Origin: an uncultured virus (IMG/VR IMGVR_UViG_3300021400_001748)
Lineage: Duplodnaviria; Heunggongvirae; Uroviricota; Caudoviricetes
Reading direction: 5' to 3' (one strand)
IMG/VR virus record: IMGVR_UViG_3300021400_001748
DNA length: 64,000 nt
A program made the position numbers and the translations under genes. Under the pieces are notes generated by a model. That model saw only the letters and a program-made list of their open reading frames with translations, had not been told where the DNA came from and did no database searches. Positions 9,194 to 18,727 of this stretch are shown here, one piece after another. Positions within the stretch are counted from its first letter, which is position 1. Each line of letters begins with the position of its first letter.

Positions 9194-9370
9194 ATGTTTA
9201 AATTATTTGGAATCAGAAAATATGGAGATGGATCAAAGATTGCATGTGTTCAAGATTCAACAGAAGATATGAGTCTTGAGCACTTAGAAATCGATGAGCT
9301 CAATGAAAGGATTTTGAAAACCAATGAGAAACTTATGAAAAATTTTCAGGAGATATTAAGAAACATGTAA
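9194..9370 (+). CDS. hypothetical protein
   Basis: Cassette with RBS. Confidence 0.65.
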   Translation: MFKLFGIRKYGDGSKIACVQDSTEDMSLEHLEIDELNERILKTNEKLMKNFQEILRNM

Positions 9371-9473
9371 AGTAAATTCGGGGATCTATTACAGGTCCCT
9401 GATATTTTCGCAGTTTTTACACTTCTTATAATGAATCAAGAAGAAATGAATTCATATAAAGGAGGAAAATATT

Positions 9474-9647
9474 ATGATTAGCTTATTAACGATTGCACTT
9501 TGTTGCGTGATTCTGGCGGTATTGCTGCCTATTTTAGGAGCAATCTTTCAGGTTATTGCGCCTGTGCTAGCAGTAATAATAATCGTTATATTTGTCCCTC
9601 TGGCAATTGGAATCATTGTCGGACGGATTTCAAATAGAAAGGAGTGA
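9474..9647 (+). CDS. 57-aa very hydrophobic peptide (not in ORF track)
   Basis: AAAGGAGG RBS; flanked by repeated GGGGATCTATTACAGGTCCC hairpins at 9379 and 9655. Confidence 0.65.
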   Translation: MISLLTIALCCVILAVLLPILGAIFQVIAPVLAVIIIVIFVPLAIGIIVGRISNRKE

Positions 9648-9736
9648 TATTGAAGGGGATCTATTACAGGTCCCCACAATTTTTACAACTCCTTTAATGA
9701 AACATTCTTAAATGATACTTTAAAGGAGGATTAATT

Positions 9737-10033
9737 ATGTATTATAGTTACAAACAAGCATTAAAAGATCTATTTGAGTTAGGCGAAAAGGACCTGTGGG
9801 TAGTTCGTGCTTTCACTGAGAACGATGTAGCAGGTACTGAGGTGTTCTCTATTTATGGAACGAAAAAAGAAGCCAAAGCCTATATTAAGAGTGTAAGAAA
9901 TTATTATAAAACAAGTAGATTTTATGAGTTTCTTAGAGAAAATATAGTGACTGGCTCTTTTAGAGTCAAAGAAGTAGGAACGAACAATATACTGCTGAAT
10001 AAATTTCAGTTAATTCACGAAAGAGCTGCATAG
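9737..10033 (+). CDS. hypothetical protein
   Basis: Cassette with RBS. Confidence 0.7.
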   Translation: MYYSYKQALKDLFELGEKDLWVVRAFTENDVAGTEVFSIYGTKKEAKAYIKSVRNYYKTSRFYEFLRENIVTGSFRVKEVGTNNILLNKFQLIHERAA

Positions 10034-10115
10034 GCTCTTTTTTTTCTGCTTGAGTATTTTCGCAATTAATACACTCCTTATAATGAAATACTTATTAAAT
10101 TAAGGAGGTTCGACT

Positions 10116-10262
10116 ATGAAAAGATTATTGAAATGGATGGCAAAAGTAATATTTGAGGCAGCACTCGAAACTGTTTGGGGAATGATTGGTGCTGTAGTAA
10201 TACTTGTATCACTTGGTAAGATATTTGAATTCATAGAAAGGAGGACTAATAAGAGTAAGTAA
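10116..10262 (+). CDS. 48-aa membrane peptide (not in ORF track)
   Basis: AAGGAGGT RBS; motif upstream. Confidence 0.6.
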   Translation: MKRLLKWMAKVIFEAALETVWGMIGAVVILVSLGKIFEFIERRTNKSK

Positions 10263-10376
10263 TTCGAAGGAGATGCTGGACGAATGATATTTACATCTGG
10301 CATTTCCTTTCGCATTTTTTACACTTCTTATAATGAATCAATAGCGATTCGTTTTCAGAAAAGGAGGAAAAATAAT

Positions 10377-10445
10377 ATGTTTACAATCGGCGTTATATTG
10401 ATTTGTGCTGGATTGATCCTGTTAGTAATGGATCATAGTAAGTAA
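10377..10445 (+). CDS. 22-aa single-TM micropeptide (not in ORF track)
   Basis: Own motif, AAAGGAGG RBS and downstream hairpin; MFTIGVILICAGLILLVMDHSK. Confidence 0.55.
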   Translation: MFTIGVILICAGLILLVMDHSK

Positions 10446-10510
10446 ATCAATACGACTAAGATGGGGGCAGGATTATCTTGTCCTCTTTCTTTTTGAAAGG
10501 AGGATTATAT

Positions 10511-10942
10511 ATGAAAGGCTACACTATTTGTCCTGGATTTGGCAAGGCGTTTAAGAGAATTCGAGATCGCTATGGCATGTCAATGAAGCAATTTGGAAAG
10601 ACACTCGGCATATCATCGTCGACTTGCCATAGGTACGAGCATGAAATAGCAAAAAGAATACCAGAGGACGTGTATAATAGCTTACTTGCACTCGCTATGT
10701 ATCCGGAAGATACTAATCTATTATATTCTCTTGTAAACGAAGATGACAGCATAGATGAAGAAATGCTAAGACTTCAAGGAATTATTGATCGATTAACGGA
10801 AGAAAACAAACATTTAAAAGCGCTACTTACTGAAAAATTTATTAAGGAATGGGAAGCACAGAACAGATTATACGAGATTACCAAAAATCACAGGAAAGGC
10901 ATAGAAGACTATTTACCTGAAGCATTTAGAATAAAAGAATGA
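10511..10942 (+). CDS. XRE-family HTH protein with a coiled coil
   Basis: IRDRYGMSMKQFGKTLGISSSTCHRYE. Confidence 0.8.
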   Translation: MKGYTICPGFGKAFKRIRDRYGMSMKQFGKTLGISSSTCHRYEHEIAKRIPEDVYNSLLALAMYPEDTNLLYSLVNEDDSIDEEMLRLQGIIDRLTEENKHLKALLTEKFIKEWEAQNRLYEITKNHRKGIEDYLPEAFRIKE

Positions 10943-10984
10943 TTCGTATTTTCAATCACATTAATGAAGAGGGGAGCATAAAAA

Positions 10985-11305
10985 ATGGCACTTGTAGATA
11001 AAAATGAAATGATGGAACTTGGCAAATACTTTATTAATGGCATCGCTTACGGTGGATCTGATCCAGTTAAGGATTATATTCTGAAAGATAAGCCGTCAAT
11101 TAAACAGAAGCTTGAGACTAAAGCAACTCTTCTGAAATGCCTTAATACAGCTAAGAAGATGAAGGCAAAAGGTGCTGATCGTAATGACATGCTGGATGCA
11201 CTCACTTATGCTTATATTTTGCTTGAAACCGAAGAGCACACTATGGATCTTGGAAGAGCTAAGGCTGACTTTAGAATGGATGAGATTCAGAGGAAGTATA
11301 CTTAA
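10985..11305 (+). CDS. stand-alone paralog of a segment of the RNAP-like protein
   Basis: Ungapped manual alignment to the segment of 43392..46256 downstream of DFDGD. Confidence 0.7.
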   Translation: MALVDKNEMMELGKYFINGIAYGGSDPVKDYILKDKPSIKQKLETKATLLKCLNTAKKMKAKGADRNDMLDALTYAYILLETEEHTMDLGRAKADFRMDEIQRKYT

Positions 11306-11367
11306 ACTGTTTGAGTGTAACGAAAATCTTATGAAGTATTCATGATATATTTCTAGGGAGGAAGTTT

Positions 11368-11793
11368 ATGAGCATTGATTTGAGTACTTTAAATGATGTT
11401 GAACTTAATGAATTGTTTAAATCTATCAAGCAAGAAAAAGAACTTAGATCTAACCCTTTACGATACAAGAGCGGAATAACTAATCTTGTCACGAAAAATG
11501 AAAGCACCTTCTTGAAGTATATTGCAGAGCTTAATAAGTGCATGGGAGATGATATTCCGGAAGAAAAATTAAGTCATTATTACGAAAATTATAGAGAACT
11601 CGAAAAATCATGCTTAAAGATCTGTGATATAACACTTGGCAACTATAAAGTCCGTATCAATTCTTTAGGCTCTATTAAGCGAGGATGTAACGGCTCCATG
11701 ATAGAAATAGAGGATCCAACAGAATACGCTGAAATGTATCAGGAGCTGTTTAAAGTAATTGACAAGCATTTGTTTAAAGATGCAAAAGACTGA
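11368..11793 (+). CDS. hypothetical protein
   Basis: GGGAGG RBS. Confidence 0.7.
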   Translation: MSIDLSTLNDVELNELFKSIKQEKELRSNPLRYKSGITNLVTKNESTFLKYIAELNKCMGDDIPEEKLSHYYENYRELEKSCLKICDITLGNYKVRINSLGSIKRGCNGSMIEIEDPTEYAEMYQELFKVIDKHLFKDAKD

Positions 11794-11863
11794 TTCCGCA
11801 ATTTTTACCTTTCGTATAATGAGACAATGTAGATCTCATTAATTTTTGAAAGGAGAAAGAATT

Positions 11864-12247
11864 ATGGAAAACGAGAAGATTATTAACTTTGAAGCACTTA
11901 AGAAACAGATTAAAATCGAAACTGCTAAAAGAAAGTTTAAAGAGGCAACAGACAAGGCAAAGCAGAAAGCCGGTGAAGTGTATTGCTGGGCAAAGGAACA
12001 TCCTGCTGAAGCTGCTTCTCTTGGTGCATCTGCAGCTATTATCGCGAAGAAGACGATTGGCTACAGAGCTGTCAAGAAGGAGGAGTACAGAAGGAAGACG
12101 GAGTTCTTCGATCCACGAACAGGCAAATACGCCTTTTCGAAGAAGCCTCTTACAACTAAACAGCAGCTCGAAGCAGAAAGGAGGTACAAAGAAAATAGAA
12201 ATACAACTTGGACCCAGGTTCTCTATGAAATGGGATTGTCTAAGTAG
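11864..12247 (+). CDS. basic phage hypothetical protein
   Basis: Motif, RBS and terminator. Confidence 0.7.
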   Translation: MENEKIINFEALKKQIKIETAKRKFKEATDKAKQKAGEVYCWAKEHPAEAASLGASAAIIAKKTIGYRAVKKEEYRRKTEFFDPRTGKYAFSKKPLTTKQQLEAERRYKENRNTTWTQVLYEMGLSK

Positions 12248-12326
12248 TCTCAAAACCCTGTGGCAGAAATGTCATGGGGTTATATTTTCTGATTTGAATT
12301 CATGAGTAATCGAAAGGAGAAATCTA

Positions 12327-12605
12327 ATGGCTTGCAAGTATTGTGATGACGTATTCACTGGTAACTGTTGCGATGATATTTTAACTGGAGATCTTCATAT
12401 GGGGTCTGTTAAGGTTGGAGACATTTCGGTATTCATCACCGAGGACTTCAAAGAGGGAGAAGCTGTCTTGAAACTCTATGCTGAAGTAGCCGACACTCCA
12501 ATTGTGAGAAAGGGAATTCCGATCAAGTTCTGTCCGTTCTGTGGTAAGAAACTTATCATGCCTGCCAAAGCTCAGGAGGATTTCCGAAAGAGGTTTTGGT
12601 CATGA
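12327..12605 (+). CDS. Cys-rich zinc-binding protein
   Basis: CKYC ... FCPFCG. Confidence 0.7.
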   Translation: MACKYCDDVFTGNCCDDILTGDLHMGSVKVGDISVFITEDFKEGEAVLKLYAEVADTPIVRKGIPIKFCPFCGKKLIMPAKAQEDFRKRFWS

Positions 12606-12832
12606 GTAGTTATAAGCCGAAGCAGATATCAGTACTTAAGAGGGCAAAATTCCCATGTAAAGACTGCAATGACAGACATACAGGATGCCATGATAAGTGT
12701 ACTAAGTATAAGGAAAGCATAAATAGATTTCATAATGCAAAAGATGAAAATGAATCTGTTTACAAGGATCTCTATAAAGGAATTTATAGGGGTCCTTCTA
12801 TTTATTATGGGACAAGTAGGAGGTATAAATGA
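12596..12832 (+). CDS. Cys/His-rich protein, paralog of 20190..20393
   Basis: PCKDCNDRHTGCHDKCTKY. Confidence 0.65.
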   Translation: MVMSSYKPKQISVLKRAKFPCKDCNDRHTGCHDKCTKYKESINRFHNAKDENESVYKDLYKGIYRGPSIYYGTSRRYK

Positions 12833-13146
12833 ACAACGAAAGAACTATCCTTAGCTTTTTAGTAGCTGGTATGAATTCGGAATTTTTCGATGACAAGAAC
12901 TCGGCGTCCGCATTACTCAATGAAATTAAGAACGTTATTGACACTCTTGGCAGTATTTCAGTGGATACTATCTGTGATATTTATGAAAAACATACTTCTG
13001 CACATTATGATAAGGTATACCGTAACATCAATTACAGATGGCATAGTATCAAGGATTTTAAATTTGTGGAAGCTATTAATTGTAGAACTGGAAGTCCATA
13101 TTACAGAATTGGCATTACAATTCCAACAAGCAACGAGGAGGTATAA
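12829..13146 (+). CDS. hypothetical protein with DUF6353-like C-terminal motif
   Basis: LLNEIKNVIDTLGSISVDTICDIY...YRW. Confidence 0.65.
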   Translation: MNNERTILSFLVAGMNSEFFDDKNSASALLNEIKNVIDTLGSISVDTICDIYEKHTSAHYDKVYRNINYRWHSIKDFKFVEAINCRTGSPYYRIGITIPTSNEEV

Positions 13147-13710
13147 ATGAAACGAACAATCATAAGCTGGATCATAGGAGTTATATTTGGATTCATTGGA
13201 TGTATTGCTGCAATTGCAGGAGTATTTAAGAAACTTTGTAATAGTATGCTTATTAGAGAAGAGATTATTTCATCAATTAAGAACGTGATCACTATCGCTT
13301 TGTTTGGTTCAAAGAGAGTTACATACGCTAACTCGTACACAGGAAAACCTAATAAGTACTCAGCATCATACTATTATATTAATGACGCTGTTCATAGAGT
13401 CGAAGAAGTTAAGTTTGATAAACATAAAATAGCAGTCGAAACGATCTACGACATCAGGGATATGCTGAATAAATGCGGAGGTAAGATCACAGTAGAGGAA
13501 GTTTTGGACACCATATACGGAGGCACGAGTCACACTGAAAAGTACCTTGATAAGCTGTTCGGATGGGATTCTCCAGACTTATTCAAGATAGGAACAACAG
13601 GGTTTTCTGAAAACAGTAAGTATTATATTTATGTAGCAGATAAACCGCACAAACTCGAGGAGGATGATAGTTATGTACAAGCAAGTGCCACTGAAGTGCA
13701 AAGACAGTAG
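13147..13710 (+). CDS. TM protein with DUF6353-like motif
   Basis: N-terminal TM; DIRDMLNKCGGKITVEEV...FGW. Confidence 0.65.
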   Translation: MKRTIISWIIGVIFGFIGCIAAIAGVFKKLCNSMLIREEIISSIKNVITIALFGSKRVTYANSYTGKPNKYSASYYYINDAVHRVEEVKFDKHKIAVETIYDIRDMLNKCGGKITVEEVLDTIYGGTSHTEKYLDKLFGWDSPDLFKIGTTGFSENSKYYIYVADKPHKLEEDDSYVQASATEVQRQ

Positions 13711-13891
13711 AAAGTGTTTCGGGAAAGCTGAGAAGCTGTTAAGTGGAAAAAAGAAGGATTATATTTGCAGGATCCTTCTTGAGAATTATGGAAGTAAAGG
13801 TTATGAGGATGGAGCTTGTCCTTTCTGTAAACCTATTCAGGACGTAACTAATGGCAAAGTGTACAGTAAAATGACAGCTCAGTACAAATAA
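13664..13891 (+). CDS. Cys-rich small protein
   Basis: CKDSRKC, CRIL and CPFCKP motifs. Confidence 0.55.
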   Translation: MIVMYKQVPLKCKDSRKCFGKAEKLLSGKKKDYICRILLENYGSKGYEDGACPFCKPIQDVTNGKVYSKMTAQYK

Positions 13892-13921
13892 ATCAGATCA
13901 ATTGAATAAAGGGGAAAGATT

Positions 13922-14140
13922 ATGGCGAATTTAAGAATTTACGATTTCACGAAAAGAAACCAGTGGGAAAACTTCAAGAGAAGGATGACAACTCCTAGCG
14001 AAAAGAAAATTGTTGAGTATTTCGATCTCATGGAAAAGCAGATCAATCTCTTAGCAGCTTACATTCATAACATGGAAGTTCAGCAGGCTAAGGAAGCCCT
14101 GGAAGCCATGATTGATGATAAGAAGGAGGAAGAGTCATGA
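13922..14140 (+). CDS. hypothetical protein
   Basis: RBS; coupled to the next gene. Confidence 0.65.
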   Translation: MANLRIYDFTKRNQWENFKRRMTTPSEKKIVEYFDLMEKQINLLAAYIHNMEVQQAKEALEAMIDDKKEEES

Positions 14141-14985
14141 ATATCGGAAGGGCATTTAAATCAGCTATCAGATCGATGAAAGATCATTCTGGTACTATCT
14201 GTGCTGTTACGGCTATGGCTGGCGTTGTAGCTACTGCTATTCTTTCAGGTAAGGCAGCTGTAAGAGCTGATCACGAAATTGATTGCGATATGACTAAGAA
14301 AGAGCGAGCCAAAGTATATGCCAGATGCTACTGGAAGACCGCAGCTGTTGGCGCTGCTACATGTGGACTTATATTTGGCAGCGATAGAATTCATGTGAGA
14401 AAAGAGGTTGGTCTTGCTGGTCTTGCAGCACTCTGGAAAGGCAAGTATGTAGATCTTGATAAGGCAACGCTTGAGACTGTTGGAGAGGAGAAGTATAAGG
14501 AGATTCAGAAGACAGTTATCGAGAACAAGATCAAAGAGAACCCGAATATTCCTGAGAGACCTGCAAACGCAACTGCTGATACGATTCTTGTATATGAACC
14601 GTATACAGATCAGTATATTTGGACAACGAGAGAACAGATCTGGTATGCACTTTATGAAGCTAACTTAAGACTTCAAAAGGATTGTGAAGTTAAACTGTCC
14701 GTTATCATCGATTATCTCGGAGGTGAATGGGATCCGATGGCAGACATGATAGGATGGAATTACGATAATGCAATTCAGCAAGAGGCATGGAGCTATTACG
14801 ACGGAGGAATCGAGCTGCTTTCTGATGTGTATAAAAAGGTCGAAGGCAAAGGTGAACCGATACCAACTTCATACGTAAAGAAGGGCGATGAAGTAAGTCC
14901 AGATGATGCAATTTGTCTATTCTATACTGTTGATCCGGAGACTCAGACGCCAGAAGACATGATCTATTTTGATAATGATAAGTAA
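14137..14985 (+). CDS. DUF6353-like phage protein
   Basis: HSGTICAVTAMAGVVATAIL N-terminus; ANLRL...IGWN C-terminal motif. Confidence 0.75.
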   Translation: MNIGRAFKSAIRSMKDHSGTICAVTAMAGVVATAILSGKAAVRADHEIDCDMTKKERAKVYARCYWKTAAVGAATCGLIFGSDRIHVRKEVGLAGLAALWKGKYVDLDKATLETVGEEKYKEIQKTVIENKIKENPNIPERPANATADTILVYEPYTDQYIWTTREQIWYALYEANLRLQKDCEVKLSVIIDYLGGEWDPMADMIGWNYDNAIQQEAWSYYDGGIELLSDVYKKVEGKGEPIPTSYVKKGDEVSPDDAICLFYTVDPETQTPEDMIYFDNDK

Positions 14986-15004
14986 AAAAGGAGGGGGTAT
15001 ATAC

Positions 15005-15778
15005 ATGGCAAACTGCTATAAGACCAAGGAAAAGGAAGAACGCAGAGAAAAGTTATATTTGTTTCTGAGAAAAAACCCCGGGAAGGAATTTTCCTGGAAA
15101 CAATTGAGTCCAGTCCTTAATGTGAAATACAATGCAATTTGTCGTGATATGGATGCACTCACTGAAGAATATGGAGATGTAGTAAGAACCAGCATTGGGA
15201 TCATGTACAATGGGAAGATTATCATGGAGGAAAATAAAGACAGGTATCCTATCACGAAGAACAATGAGGGATATTCTGATCCAACTGCTGCTGCAACACT
15301 TATCAAGGAGCAGAAGGAAGAGGCTAGACAGCAGGATCAAATAAAAGAGATTACTAACCCTAAGCCTGGTGAAGTCTGGCATGTGGCAAGATCTGATGGC
15401 AAGGACGATGATATTCTGTTAGTGCTTGCTGTTGATACTGATAAGAGATTTGCTACATGCTGCCCCTATTGTATAGAATCTGTATGTGCTCCTTCTGAAT
15501 ACAATAGGCTTTTCACGAAGCCTCTTAAATACTTCAGAATGAAAGCTTGGGGAATGCCTTTGTCTGTTATGATTGAGACTCGCAATGCTCTTCGCGAATA
15601 CTTCGAAATTGATCCGGAGCTTATCGAGGTTGAAAAGATCGTTGAGAAGCCAGTTACTGTAGATGCTCCGGCTGTTACAACTGACAAATTATATTCTCAG
15701 CTTGAAATGGATGCTGCAATTGCAAAAGTGAAAGCCGAGGTATATGAGGAATGCTTCAAGGCTTTGGCAAAAAGATAA
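15005..15778 (+). CDS. protein with an N-terminal HTH-like region and NxEGYxDPTA motif
   Basis: GGAGG RBS; motifs in the translation. Confidence 0.7.
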   Translation: MANCYKTKEKEERREKLYLFLRKNPGKEFSWKQLSPVLNVKYNAICRDMDALTEEYGDVVRTSIGIMYNGKIIMEENKDRYPITKNNEGYSDPTAAATLIKEQKEEARQQDQIKEITNPKPGEVWHVARSDGKDDDILLVLAVDTDKRFATCCPYCIESVCAPSEYNRLFTKPLKYFRMKAWGMPLSVMIETRNALREYFEIDPELIEVEKIVEKPVTVDAPAVTTDKLYSQLEMDAAIAKVKAEVYEECFKALAKR

Positions 15779-15790
15779 GGGGGAGGTCAT

Positions 15791-16576
15791 ATGGTAAATA
15801 CGTTACAAGTTAAGATACGATTTCGAAACTCCGGAACGCGAATGAAAGATCATAAAGAACATATTAAAGAGGCTATAGAATTCGCTCAATGCAATCTGTG
15901 GCAAAGATTCAGAATAAAGATCTCTGATATTTCTTTTAATGATGAGTATAACCGTTGTAGCATTACTCTTACTTGTAAAGAGCATGATATTCACGAATTC
16001 TATAATATCCCAAGAAGGCTTAGAGGTATATCGGCTTATCTTTGTAAAAAGTATCCAGAAGAATATGAACATTTAAAAAGTGGAACAAGGCTATTCAACT
16101 ATTGGGTTGATGGACCTGTTATCTCTATAAAGGAGGCGAAATCTATGAGCGCTTACATGTGCAGTCCGAAAGTCCTGTCTGTCATTGCAGATGGAGTTCT
16201 TGAATATGCAAAAGACGATGACAATCTTGTGACAGTATTCGAAGATCATAACGATATGGTTCCAAAGATTATATTTGAAAAGCTGTTTCAAATGAATCTC
16301 GATGCCCTTGAAGTGAGATACGGACATGAGACAGCAGATTCTATGTATGATAAGAATGATATGAAGTACACGTTTGATCGTATATCGTGTTCAAGAATGA
16401 AAGGATATTGCTTGTACGCATGCCTTCGCAAGTATCTGTATCAATGCACGGAAGGAGATATTCCGAATTCTATGATGTACACGGTTCTTAATAACCTCGG
16501 TGATAGAGTTGCTCATGATATTATACAGGATTCGCTGGCATATGATCTTATGATGAACGAAATTTCCCGGTGGTGA
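15791..16576 (+). CDS. hypothetical protein, possibly two fused genes
   Basis: Internal AAAGGAGG at about 16130 precedes in-frame ATG at 16145. Confidence 0.65.
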   Translation: MVNTLQVKIRFRNSGTRMKDHKEHIKEAIEFAQCNLWQRFRIKISDISFNDEYNRCSITLTCKEHDIHEFYNIPRRLRGISAYLCKKYPEEYEHLKSGTRLFNYWVDGPVISIKEAKSMSAYMCSPKVLSVIADGVLEYAKDDDNLVTVFEDHNDMVPKIIFEKLFQMNLDALEVRYGHETADSMYDKNDMKYTFDRISCSRMKGYCLYACLRKYLYQCTEGDIPNSMMYTVLNNLGDRVAHDIIQDSLAYDLMMNEISRW

Positions 16577-16581
16577 ATTTT

Positions 16582-16606
16582 CGCAAAAACTTCAAGTACT
16601 TAGATG
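16582..16606 (+). promoter_or_regulatory. copy of the repeated promoter motif
   Basis: CGCAAAAACTTCAAGTACTTAGATG. Confidence 0.55.
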
Positions 16607-16678
16607 AGTCGGAGAAATCCGGCTTTTGTTTTTCATGTAATTATATTTTTGAGACTGTTATCAAGAAAGGAGAAAAGG

Positions 16679-17527
16679 ATGAATCTTGGTAAGGTACTAA
16701 AAACAACCGGTAAGTCGATACTTGGATTTGCCAATAAGAATTCGCATATCATAAGTGGGTGTGCGGCAATTGCAGGGGTAGCTGTTACGGCTATCCTTGC
16801 ATATAAGTCGTATCCAAAAGTGAATAGAATTATTGAAGATCAGAAAGAAAAGATGGATGAGCTCGACGAGGTAGTTAATATTCCGGAAGAAGAGCTCAAA
16901 AGATGTCGTCGCGAGATCACTGTTGATACATGTAAGAGTCTTGCTCCAGCGCTTGCACCTGCTATCGTGAGCGGTATTGCCACATGCGGACTAATGGGGT
17001 TCTCAATCGTGAGCGGTAACAAGAAAATTGCAGCTGCTACAAGTCTTGCTGCTTTATATGAAACGGCAAATAGAGAGATCCTAAACAAGACAAAAGAGCT
17101 CGTTGGCGAAGAAAAGGCTGAAGAGATTAGACAGGAGGCACTAAAAGAAGAAGTCAAGAATAAATTCTGTGATATTTCAGAAGAAGAGATGGAACAGATA
17201 ATCATGCAGGCAGATGGTGGAGATACCTGGTTCTATGATCCGAATATTGGAAGGCCATTCAAGTCTGATGTGGAGACAATTCAAAGAGCTTGTATGAGTC
17301 TAACTAAGAGGCTGATTAGTGGTCAGGAACCGTATATAGACTATAATGACTTTCAATCGGCAATAGGTCTTCCACAGACGATGTTTGGTTCGTTGGTAGC
17401 ATGGGGAGGCACCTCACCAGCACGGGAGATTGAACCGAATCTTAATAACACTATCAGAATTGGTGAAAAAGCCATGATCATTCTTGATTGGTACACAAGA
17501 CCGACATCACAGTATAGAAACAGCTGA
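16679..17527 (+). CDS. DUF6353-like phage protein
   Basis: NSHIISGCAAIAGVAVTAILAYK; WFYDPNIGRPFKSD; IDYNDF. Confidence 0.8.
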   Translation: MNLGKVLKTTGKSILGFANKNSHIISGCAAIAGVAVTAILAYKSYPKVNRIIEDQKEKMDELDEVVNIPEEELKRCRREITVDTCKSLAPALAPAIVSGIATCGLMGFSIVSGNKKIAAATSLAALYETANREILNKTKELVGEEKAEEIRQEALKEEVKNKFCDISEEEMEQIIMQADGGDTWFYDPNIGRPFKSDVETIQRACMSLTKRLISGQEPYIDYNDFQSAIGLPQTMFGSLVAWGGTSPAREIEPNLNNTIRIGEKAMIILDWYTRPTSQYRNS

Positions 17528-17698
17528 ACAGTAGAAATCGTAACGGAAGGGGGTGATTGTATTCTATGGACTTTTTAAAGTGTCCTAAATGTGGACGTTA
17601 CATGATCCCCTATATAGTTACGACAGATAGAACTCACTATAGATGTGTATGTGGGTATGATACAGCAAAGAATAAGATTATATTTTGGAGGTGGATTT

Positions 17699-17872
17699 TT
17701 GACTAATCTTGGCAATTGGAAAGATCTCGTTGATTTCGTTCAAACACTTCAGAAAGCTGAAAAAGAGCTTAGAAACAGGAGATTTATTAAGGAAGCTAAT
17801 GCAGTTAAGGATTCTTACAAGATTATCCTTTTGATAGCCGATGAGATGAATAAGGAGGGAGAGAATGGCTAA
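17699..17872 (+). CDS. hypothetical protein
   Basis: GGAGGTG RBS before TTG. Confidence 0.55.
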   Translation: MTNLGNWKDLVDFVQTLQKAEKELRNRRFIKEANAVKDSYKIILLIADEMNKEGENG

Positions 17873-18037
17873 TTATATTCTGAAGGATGACGATAATAAA
17901 GTTGTAGATGAATGTGCAGACTGTGATTACAGCCAGTTCGATTACACATCTAAGAAATGGATCTGTATTTCCGATGATCCGTGCGATGCAGCTCTTAGCG
18001 TTAAGCATATCAAAGAAAACAGAAGGAGGAAGAGATA

Positions 18038-18415
18038 ATGGCAGCTACTATCACAGTTGAGAAGAAAGACGAAAGATCTAAGCTTCAGAAGGCTAAGGAT
18101 TTCGCTATCAAGTACCGGTATGTTATTCTCGGAAGTATGGCAGCTGGAGTATTATATTCCATGGGATTTAAAAGTGGATGGAACACTAAGGCTAAAGTCG
18201 ATTTGAATATATTCAATGAATCTCTTCCTGCTATTGTCGAGAAAAGTGGACGAATAGGAGCATTCAGCTTTTATGATTGGATGGCTGAAAGAGTACCGGA
18301 GGCATTAAAGCTTTGCGATGAGTTCAGTGACAAGCATCCGGAGCTTTCGAATATTCGTGATTATTTCATGAAGAATGAAGAGATTATGAAGACTCTTGAG
18401 GTCTGCAAAAAGTAA
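18038..18415 (+). CDS. membrane-anchored hypothetical protein
   Basis: AAGGAGG RBS. Confidence 0.7.
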   Translation: MAATITVEKKDERSKLQKAKDFAIKYRYVILGSMAAGVLYSMGFKSGWNTKAKVDLNIFNESLPAIVEKSGRIGAFSFYDWMAERVPEALKLCDEFSDKHPELSNIRDYFMKNEEIMKTLEVCKK

Positions 18416-18419
18416 CTAT

Positions 18420-18445
18420 CGCAAAAATTACACTTGTTATAGTAG
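18420..18445 (+). promoter_or_regulatory. copy of the repeated promoter motif
   Basis: CGCAAAAATTACACTTGTTATAGTAG. Confidence 0.7.
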
Positions 18446-18487
18446 AACCTATAACAGTTCAAAATTATATTTTCAGGAGGAAAAATC

Positions 18488-18727
18488 ATGAACAACGAAG
18501 AAAGCAAGGTTGTAGAAAACACAGAAGAAACTGTAGAAGAGATCAAAGAAGAAGGAAAATTCAAGAAGGGCCTTAAGACTGTCTGGAAGTACACGAAGAA
18601 AGCTATTCCGGCTGTAGCAGCTGGTGTTGGCTGCTTCGTACTTGGCAGACTCTCAAAAGGGGCTGTTGATGTTCCTGATGAGATCAAAGAAGCAGTTGAG
18701 ACTGTAACCGAGAACGTAACTGAGTGA
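18488..18727 (+). CDS. small membrane-anchored acidic protein
   Basis: Complete cassette; its terminator at 18777 is identical to the one at about 5180. Confidence 0.7.
   Translation: MNNEESKVVENTEETVEEIKEEGKFKKGLKTVWKYTKKAIPAVAAGVGCFVLGRLSKGAVDVPDEIKEAVETVTENVTE

Larger units (their letters stand above)
127..11821 (+). promoter_or_regulatory. Array of about 27 copies of a putative phage-specific promoter, consensus (C)GCAAWWWWWACA-N5-TATAATG / TAnnATAG
   Basis: Copies start near 127, 483, 892, 1940, 2169, 2515, 2744, 3451, 3771, 4034, 4642, 4937, 5691, 6620, 7127, 7590, 8000, 8292, 8505, 8777, 9132, 9409, 9677, 10061, 10311, 10945 (degenerate) and 11797. Most lie just after a terminator and upstream of an AGGAG RBS. 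Confidence 0.8.

Noticed and set aside
469..12300. Regularly recurring repeats as a CRISPR array
   Set aside because: Repeats are degenerate, spacing varies over hundreds of bases, the intervals are RBS-led ORFs, and there is no cas operon
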